The notes under the pieces are model-generated. The model searched no databases and was not told the origin of the DNA. It worked only from the letters and a program-made list of their open reading frames with translations. 64,000 nucleotides of DNA from the human T2T-CHM13v2.0 reference genome, Homo sapiens. Where the stretch lies: assembly GCF_009914755.1 (NCBI RefSeq), contig NC_060947.1. One strand, written 5' to 3'. How positions within the stretch are numbered: position 1 is the first letter of the stretch; each line of letters starts with the position of its first letter. Shown piece by piece: positions 55,871-64,000 of the stretch. The translations under genes and the position numbers were made by a program.

Positions 55871-58800
55871 GCATCTGCCTGCATCGAGTGCTGGTTCAGG
55901 GCGAATCAGGGACACCAATAAATCCCCGATTTGTAGGTCGAGGTTCTTGCTCCAAACCACCCATTATCAGAGATTTGCTCCTGAGACATAACTGACTCCT
56001 CTTGAAGCCAATCAGCATTAGCATTCAGGGTTCCCTGCCATTCCCAACCACCCTGGTATTCTCCAGAGCCTCATGTCTTGCAATTCTGGAAATGCTCAAA
56101 ATCCTGTTTGTTCTACAGAAAGATCAGTTTCAGTTTGCTGGGACATTCTGCTGAAAATAAACATGTAAATAACACATCCCCAAATACAGGCATTGATACT
56201 ATACACACGGATATTCCTTTGATCCCATGTGCAAATGCAAACATATTCATTCTGTCTTTCTCTCCTCCTCGCTCTCACTCTCTCTCTTTCTCTCCATCCC
56301 CCATCTCTTTGTCTCTTCAAACCCATTCCTGATACATTATTTTCTTATCTATTCTACAGCTACCTCCATCATGCCCCACGACATCTTCATTACTTTCTTC
56401 TGAGATAGTCTACTGGGGGCCATCCTTGTCCTCAGAGGGCTTGAAGTCTAATTTAGTTGGCCAACATCAGGTGCCTCAAAATTCATAGGGGGAAAATGTA
56501 ACAATATTGAATAAAGTTGTTCATGGAGTATGGATGTAAGGGAAGAGACTAGGAGAACTGGCTAGCAAATTGGCCTGAACTGAACTGGTGAGGCACTAGT
56601 GAAGAAAGAGCAGACTAAATAAACCACAGGCGATTTTCACCTTTTTGACAATTTTGCCCAGGGCCTACAAGCCCAGTGCCCTCTGGAGGGAAAATAAGTC
56701 TCCCTGAGTTTATCTTTCCTGGTTACCTTTGACCTCCTATCTTCTTGCCCAATAGGAACAGTGCATACCCTTTGCTGACCTTTTTATTGGTGTCCATGTT
56801 AAACCTCCAACTACAGTGTCCAAAATCAAGCATTTATAACAGCCTGCCAGACTTCTTTGGATAAGTTATATTCTTTATTCTCCTTATGCTCATTTCATGG
56901 ACTGTATTCGTATAATCTCTACCTTCTCTAAGAAATTTTTCCCCTTTTTTGTCATTCTGGACTAGAACTATAGAAAGGGAAGAGTTGCCATATGTCATTG
57001 TTCAGACAGAACCAGAAATAATGTTGACTTCAGAGCTGAACTTGTCTCTATCAGAAGAGAAACCTTTGTTTTCTCATTATCTAGGGGGTGGGGAGGCCAT
57101 CACATGCCTTGAAATGCATTTTAATGAATGTTTATAAGGTCATGGGGATCACATTGGTGGCTTTGTCTGCCGGATTCTGAAATGGGACTCTGCAGGCATT
57201 TATGTATGGAGAGAAAGGAATTCGTTTCTAAAAGATGCCAGGGCACTGTCACTCACTCCCTCCCCCTTCCTCACCACCAAAGGCCGGGCCTGTGAGGGCT
57301 CTGGCTGGGAGTTGGGACGTCTGGGGTCCAGTGTCCTTTTAACTAATTGTCTGAAAGCAAATCGAGATATGCTCTGAGGAAATCCTGCCAGTGGCTACTG
57401 ATTGTCACAGGGAGAGGCCTGAAAGAAGTAGGAGCTGTGGGACAGCTAGGACTAATACCCTGCTGTCATCAAGACCGCAGAGACTGGAGAAAAGCACATG
57501 GGTGAAGCAGGGAGATTCATTTAGAAAGGGCTGGGAGCTTGGTTGGGGACCTTCCGCCCCTACCAGGATTCTGGGAGGGGAGGTCATTCCGGAGCAGTGA
57601 GCTATCTCCTGCCCTTGATCTAAAATGGTGGCTGTGGGATTTAGTCAGAAACACCCAGTCTGGGCAGGCAAAACCTCAGCGGCATCAGCCACAGGCACAG
57701 GTGACCCAGTGAAGGCACGAGTGTGGCACTGGGCACAGGGGAAAGCCCAGCCAACTTCTCGCAGTTGAGATGAGTAACAGATCATGGGACTGTGAAAGAG
57801 AAGACACGAAAGCAAGTCTTTATCTAGGGGCAAAATTAACTGGATAATAGATTTCCACGCCTCACTGATGTCTGGTGAAGGCAGACGCTATTACAGCAAG
57901 GCTGAGCCTTCCGTGTAAACACAGCCGCCTCTCCTCGGCCTTGTTTAGGGTTGGCTGGTGTTCTTGCTGTTCAGCCAGGGCACTTCAGGCTCACTGTTGA
58001 AAGCTCATTCCATGAAATCCAAAACATGGAGCTGCATGGCCTCTGACAAAGTGAATTCTCACTGAAGTCCATTGAAAAATGAAAGCTCAGAAGAGGCTTG
58101 CAGCTTGCCACTCTGCCAAAACAGCAGCCTCTATCGGCACCCCAAACCCCACCCCTGAGAAAAGCCAGGTGAGCCTGCCCCCTTTATTAGGCATCCTTAT
58201 GAAAGTCAGTGAGTGTACATGCCAGCAGCTGTCCAGCCACAGACTTGGCATAGCAAAAGTGGCATCCGCTCCAGCAGTGGCGGCCTGCTGGGATCTACTT
58301 TGTTATTGAGTAGTCAGTTGGTTTCTAGAATTGGAATTGATCAGGGACCATTTGCTTGGGATGCAGTTGATGAGTGCTGGAAAAGGTGTGTGTATACGGG
58401 CTCTCATGTAGGAGAGGTGCAGCCTCCTTCCCTTTGCCAGTGGCCCCAGCTGGTACCTTTAGTGTCTGGTGGTCATGCCCTGCCTCCTCCATCCCTGCAC
58501 CTTACTCCCAGCAGGTTAGTGGCAGACCAACAATTAAGTGAAAGCTCTGGGAGCCCATAGAAGCTGCCAGCAAATTTCAGAGGCTCACGTGGCAGGGATG
58601 CCAGACCATTGCCCCTCACAGCCCCTTCCCTCCCTTCCTTTCCCCAACCCCCACCCCCTCCTTGGCCTGCCTGGTTCTGCATTGCTTCGCCATTGTTAAA
58701 ACTGTCTTGCAGTTCGAGACATCATGGACAGCACTTTGGGCCTGACTGTTGCCAGCTCAGACTCCCTGCAGGGGATCCTTATGTCAAATCCACATGCAAT

Positions 58801-59579
58801 CATCCCTGATTGATCTATTTCATACATTTCTATTTTTAACCTATTGGATTCTTTGGGAGAATGTAGAAGAGACACAATTTCAGTTTGGGACCCAGTGGCT
58901 TGTTTGTAGGTTACTCCATAATGGATTGAGTAAATGGCTGAGCTCCCTGTGTGTTGGGTAATTTATGTTCCTTTGTCCATTGATTCGTTCAACTGCCATT
59001 TACTGAGCACCTGCTGTGGGCCAAACAGTTAGTGAGCTGCTCCATGGACCAGCTCAGGGACACTATGGGTGCTGTGCCCAGTCAGACTCCTGGGAAAGTG
59101 GGCACTGATGACTGCATGGGCCTCAGCCCTCTTATTGTGCCTGCTCTACACCTCTCCAACCCATTCCTGCCTGACCCATGGTATTCAGGCCTCAGATGAG
59201 TTTGGTGACAGAGCTGTCCCTTGAAGTGCCCTTGTTCAGATTGTGGGCATCTCAAAAGAAAAGTCAAAGAAGTGTGCAAGTCCTCTCACTCAAGTTGGCA
59301 AGCCCCTTCTGTGGGGGCGATGCAGTGTCCTACCAACAACATGGCGAAGGCAGTGGGTCTGGAGGCAGCTGAGTGGTGGTGGAGGGGCCCTGCATCTGAC
59401 CTGGGCCTTGTTGCCCTCTGGCTGAGCAACTCTGGGTAAGGCCTGCCCCTCTCTGGGTCTCAGAGACCTCTCTGTCTTTAAGAAGGGTATTGGACTCCCA
59501 GAACCCTTCCATACCTGCCCTTTATAATGCCGGGTACCAGTTAGTGAGGAGCTATTAGGTGTCATACAATGTGCCCCGT

Positions 59580-59710
59580 TTCACTTAATAGTCAGAGCAC
59601 CTTCATGAGAAAAGAACTATAATTACACTCATTTTACACATAAAGAAACTGGGGCTCTGAGAGGTTCAGTGGCAAGGCCAAGGTCAGAGCCCTATGCCAC
59701 GCTGCCTCCA
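59580..59710 (-). mobile_element. MIR fragment carrying SF-1-type motifs
   Basis: ctcattttacacataaagaaactggggctctgagaggttcagtgg...ccaaggtca. Confidence 0.75.
59673..59686 (+). promoter_or_regulatory. NR5A1/SF-1-type site CCAAGGTCA (59678-59686) overlapping a second CAAGGCCA (59673-59680)
   Basis: Exact motif 1771 nt upstream of Met74. A CCAAGGTCA SF-1 target in the intron before the large exon has been reported for MAMLD1; that it is this copy is my inference. Confidence 0.6.
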
Positions 59711-59724
59711 CCCTTGCTCTGGGC

Positions 59725-59885
59725 CAGTGGTTTTCTGTTGAGAATCAGCCATGGAGCTGTTGGAAAAACTCCCGATGCCTGGGCCACACCCTGGATGAAG
59801 CTGTCAGTTTGTGGTGGGAGGGCCCAGGAATGTGGATGTTTCTAAGTGATTCTGATGTGCACCAAGGCCTGAGACATACAGCCCT
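59725..59885. mobile_element. MER5-like hAT remnant
   Basis: cagtggttttct...gaatcagccatggagct...gatgcctgggccacacc...gggcccaggaat...gtgattctgatgtgcacc. Confidence 0.65.
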
Positions 59886-60627
59886 GGGGATCTGCTTTGA
59901 TGTTCACTTGGCCATGACAGTCATGCCCCTCATCGTGCTGGCAAGTGGCCCCATGCATGCCTTGAGCTCCTAGTGGGCTACAAGCTCATCAAACCAGAAG
60001 AGCCAAACTTAAGGTGACATCAGAGGATGAGCACTGTATGTCCTAGTGAAACTTCCAAAGCTGGAAAGGGGTTATTTGGGGGGTACCGGGTGGGGGAAGC
60101 TTTAAAAGAATTCTACCTGTTCACCTATCGGCATTCAGGTGATTTCCAGATCCCTCTCTTCCTTTCCTTATTTTGATCATTCCTGCACATACTCCTTTGC
60201 CCCCACTTCCTTTCCCATTTACCTGCTAACATACAGGTCATGGTCATTAACACAACAGCGATGGATGACTGTATGAAGCCATGAAGAGTAGGAAGTCTCA
60301 CATTGCTAGTGACTTTGCTTTGTTCCCAAAGGCTGTGCTTCTATAAATGATGGGCAGCTCCCCCAAGGTTCAGATCCCAGATTGGGGCCTTTTCTCATTG
60401 TTTAATATCTCCCCAACCTGAGGATGCATCTTCAGAGGAAAATTTCTTATTTAGATAACTTTATACTTTTTTAAATTTTTGGATTATGAGTCGTTCTCGT
60501 TAAAGACAAACAAGCAGAAATGAAGAGAATAGAAAGGGAATTGCCAGTCATCCCAAATAAATGACCACTCCAAATTGTTGGGTATAGGTTCTTCCAAATT
60601 ATTTTTGTGTACACATAGCAATGTGTG

Positions 60628-60630
<3 letters not shown>

Positions 60631-60662
<32 letters not shown>
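60631..60662 (+). repeat. (GT)16 microsatellite
   Basis: Read directly from the sequence. Confidence 0.95.
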
Positions 60663-60667
<5 letters not shown>

Positions 60668-61261
60668 TAAATGGAACAATGAATACGATGCCTACAATGA
60701 CTGTTCTGAAACTTGTGCTTTCCCAAAAACAGTATTTTAAACAGCTCCCCAAGAAAACACATCCAGATCTACTTCTTTCCTGTAAGGGCTCTGTTGTATT
60801 CAATTTTACCACTGCAGCCTGATGCATTTAACCAAGACTAGAAGGCAGCCTAAAAGTTCAATTCTATACTATGGTATTCCTTCGTTAAAATCTATGTGTC
60901 TGTAGACAGGAAAGAATTAAAACTATTTAGCTACTTCTAGTTTTCTCTCCAATGCCTGCCTTTGGCAGCATGGTTCATTTAGTGACTTCTGCATAGTTTT
61001 GTTGAACTCTCCTTGAAGTGGGCAGATTACCCTTTGAATAACGTTCTATCCCGTTTTAGTATACAGACAACATAATGCCTTATTTGAAATGTAATTAGAC
61101 AGTTTAGATGAAACATAATAATGAATAAATAAGCACTATGGTTCCAAAGACAGGCTGTATTTTATAGTTTTCACAACTATAAGTCTTTAAACTGAGAGGT
61201 CTGTTTTATCATGCACATTTCCTGTTCATTAGCTTTAATGTGCCAAACCTTTATAAAAATT

Positions 61262-61291
61262 CCTCTCTCTCTCTCTCTCTCTTTCTCTCTG

Positions 61292-61342
<51 letters not shown>
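61262..61342 (+). repeat. Compound (CT)n(GT)16 microsatellite upstream of the large-exon acceptor
   Basis: Read directly; followed by a ~55-nt polypyrimidine tract and cag. Confidence 0.95.
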
Positions 61343-61343
<1 letters not shown>

Positions 61344-61400
61344 ACCTCTCTTCCCTTCTCCTCTCCTCTCTTCTCCTCTTCTCTTCTCTTCCATTCACAG

Positions 61401-63014
61401 GGAACTGTTAAGAGGAGACAAGAAGAAGACCACTTCCAGTTTCCAGACATGGCTGATGGGGGCTACCCTAATAAAATTAAGAGGCCTTGCCTTGAAGATG
61501 TCACCCTTGCAATGGGCCCAGGTGCTCATCCTAGTACTGCTTGTGCAGAACTGCAGGTCCCTCCATTGACAATAAATCCTAGCCCTGCGGCTATGGGAGT
61601 GGCTGGCCAGTCATTACTGCTGGAGAATAACCCTATGAATGGCAACATCATGGGCTCACCATTTGTAGTACCACAGACTACAGAAGTGGGACTGAAAGGG
61701 CCCACTGTTCCTTACTATGAGAAAATCAACAGCGTGCCGGCTGTAGACCAGGAGCTTCAAGAGCTGCTAGAGGAGCTCACCAAAATTCAAGACCCTTCTC
61801 CAAATGAGCTAGATCTTGAGAAGATACTGGGGACGAAGCCAGAAGAGCCACTGGTTTTAGATCATCCCCAGGCAACCCTAAGCACAACTCCCAAGCCTTC
61901 GGTTCAGATGTCACACTTGGAGAGCCTGGCTTCCAGCAAGGAGTTTGCTTCTAGTTGCAGCCAAGTTACTGGCATGTCACTTCAGATCCCATCCTCCTCC
62001 ACAGGGATCAGCTATTCGATTCCTTCCACCAGTAAGCAGATAGTGTCACCGAGTTCTTCAATGGCACAGTCCAAGAGCCAGGTCCAGGCCATGCTCCCTG
62101 TCGCTCTGCCCCCCTTACCAGTGCCTCAGTGGCATCACGCCCACCAGCTGAAGGCGTTGGCAGCCAGCAAGCAGGGGTCTGCTACAAAGCAGCAAGGGCC
62201 CACCCCCAGTTGGTCTGGTCTGCCTCCTCCAGGACTCTCTCCACCTTACCGCCCAGTGCCATCACCACACCCACCACCGCTGCCACTGCCACCACCACCA
62301 CCCCCATTCAGCCCCCAGAGCCTCATGGTGTCCTGCATGTCGTCCAATACCTTGTCGGGTAGCACTCTCCGAGGCTCTCCCAATGCCTTACTGTCAAGCA
62401 TGACGTCCAGCAGCAATGCTGCCCTGGGGCCCGCCATGCCCTATGCTCCTGAGAAGCTCCCCAGCCCTGCTCTCACTCAACAGCCGCAGTTCGGCCCTCA
62501 GAGCTCCATTCTTGCCAACCTCATGTCCTCTACCATCAAAACCCCTCAAGGACACCTGATGTCTGCTCTGCCTGCCAGCAACCCTGGGCCGTCCCCACCC
62601 TATCGCCCAGAGAAGCTCTCTAGCCCAGGCTTGCCACAGCAGTCCTTCACCCCACAGTGTTCCCTGATCCGAAGCCTCACTCCCACCAGTAATCTTCTAA
62701 GCCAGCAACAGCAGCAGCAGCAGCAGCAGCAGCAAGCAAATGTGATCTTTAAGCCCATAAGCAGCAACTCATCCAAAACCCTGAGCATGATCATGCAGCA
62801 GGGGATGGCAAGCTCCAGCCCAGGAGCCACGGAGCCATTTACTTTTGGCAACACCAAGCCCTTGTCCCATTTTGTTTCTGAGCCGGGTCCCCAGAAGATG
62901 CCCTCCATGCCTACCACCTCTAGGCAGCCTTCCCTGCTCCACTACCTGCAGCAGCCGACACCAACGCAGGCCTCCTCAGCCACTGCCTCCTCCACGGCCA
63001 CTGCCACCTTGCAG

Positions 63015-63048
<34 letters not shown>

Positions 63049-63146
63049 CTGACCATTCTTCATTCCTTCTGCAGCAGATGATGCAGCAACCCCAGCGTTT
63101 TCAGCGATCAGTGGCCTCAGATTCCATGCCTGCTCTGCCCAGACAG
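61401..63146 (+). CDS. MAMLD1: MAMLD1 large coding exon, 582 codons (58-639): mastermind-like acidic segment, Pro/Ser-rich region, two polyQ tracts
   Basis: Long polypyrimidine tract then cacag|GGA; 1746-nt open frame GTVKRRQEEDHFQFPDMADGGYPNKIKRP...PALPRQ; donor CAG|gtaaga at 63147. Internal Met74 at 61449 (gacATGG). The 648-aa ORF in the track overruns both splice sites. Confidence 0.97.
62703..62735 (+). repeat. Coding polyQ tract 1, Q11: CAG CAA (CAG)8 CAA, Q492-Q502
   Basis: Read directly from the sequence. Confidence 0.95.
63018..63047 (+). repeat. Coding polyQ tract 2, Q10: (CAG)5 CAA (CAG)4
   Basis: Read directly from the sequence. Confidence 0.95.
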
Positions 63147-63559
63147 GTAAGACAATCTCATATCTGGCTGTGTTCTTTTGTTTTGGAAGTAACAACTGTG
63201 TTTCATGTTGCCAATATCTGGCTCTGGAGGGTAAATCCAGGCTATAGTTCTCTCTGAGACTGGAAAAGACTCTGAAAAAGTCTACTGAAGTCAGCTAATC
63301 CTGTGTGGTTAAAAGCACAGTGTTAATAAGGCCAAGGTTATGGTTTCAGTGCCTGTTCAAGTCACCTAACTTCCCTAGAAGGAGAGCTGCACCCACAAGG
63401 TGCTCCCGGTGGAAGGAGCCAGGTGGGACAAGTCCGAATACAGAAATGCCTTCCCTGCACTGGGCCATGTAGAAAGACTAGTGAATCCTTCTTAAGATGT
63501 AAGGAAATTGCACTGAAGCATTTAATCTTATCCCTGCTGGCAGAAGGACAAACACTGAG

Positions 63560-63810
63560 CCTTCTAGAAATGCCACAGCAAACTTTTGCTGAGCAACCTC
63601 AGCATGCCATTTGTCACTGTGCTGGATACTCAGTCAGGTCGTGAAAGGAAAAAGACAGGTATTTGCAAGGTAGTCACTCTCATCATCTCCATTTTACAAA
63701 TGAAGAAACTGAGGCTCAGAGAGTTGAAAGACTTGCCCAGAGTCACATAGTTCGCAAGGGACAGAGCAGGAACTTGAAGCCAGGTGGTCTCACTCCAGAG
63801 CCTGTGCTCT
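63560..63810 (-). mobile_element. MIR
   Basis: ctccattttacaaatgaagaaactgaggctcagagagttgaaagacttgcccagagtcacatag...ggaacttgaagccagg. Confidence 0.85.
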
Positions 63811-63937
63811 TCTTGAAATTACTTTTGACTTCTCACCCTCCCTCATCTCCTCCAGGCTTTTCAATCATGAAATGCAGCTGATTCCACCTGGGTCGTGTCT
63901 ATCACAGTTCCCAGTTTTCATTTCTGTGACCCCTGCC

Positions 63938-64000
63938 TGTATTAGTTATCTGTGGCTGCATAACAAATTACCCCAAGCACCAGCTTCGAACCATATGCAT
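63938..64000 (-). mobile_element. One end of an MLT1-type LTR, cut by the window edge
   Basis: tgtattagttatctgtggctgcataacaaattacccc. Confidence 0.7.

Noticed and set aside
62246-63195. Antisense poly-Cys, poly-Ala and poly-Gly ORFs
   Set aside because: Shadows of the CAG and CCA repeats in the MAMLD1 exon; no independent evidence.
61311-63257. 648-aa single-exon ORF starting MCVCVCV
   Set aside because: It starts at a GTG within the (GT)n repeat and runs past the donor at 63147. The true exon is 61401-63146.

Overview
This is mammalian, almost certainly human, genomic DNA from inside MAMLD1 (CXorf6, Xq28), transcribed on the + strand. Three coding exons splice in phase 0 with canonical GT-AG ends: 37177-37272 (MDDWK...QES), a 75-nt cassette at 54424-54498, and a 1746-nt Pro/Ser/Gln-rich exon at 61401-63146. 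Together they give 639 codons, and the gene continues beyond the window. The rest is intron dominated by transposons: a near-full-length L1PA2/3 lacking its RT domain (8.7-13.1 kb), a ~15-kb nested stack of L1M/L1P/Alu insertions (21.1-36.3 kb), and Alus, MIRs, L2, L3/CR1, MLT1, MER elements and microsatellites. I see no prokaryotic features, CRISPR arrays, RNA genes or convincing new multi-gene system. Most short ORFs in the track are repeat-derived noise. The best leads are regulatory: a hairpin masking the cassette-exon 5' splice site, an L1 antisense promoter facing the first coding exon, a MIR-embedded double SF-1 site, a long AG-free (CT)n(GT)n acceptor region, and MAML-like sequence upstream of the internal Met. 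Repeat subfamily calls come from remembered consensus sequences, not a RepeatMasker run, and repeat boundaries are approximate.
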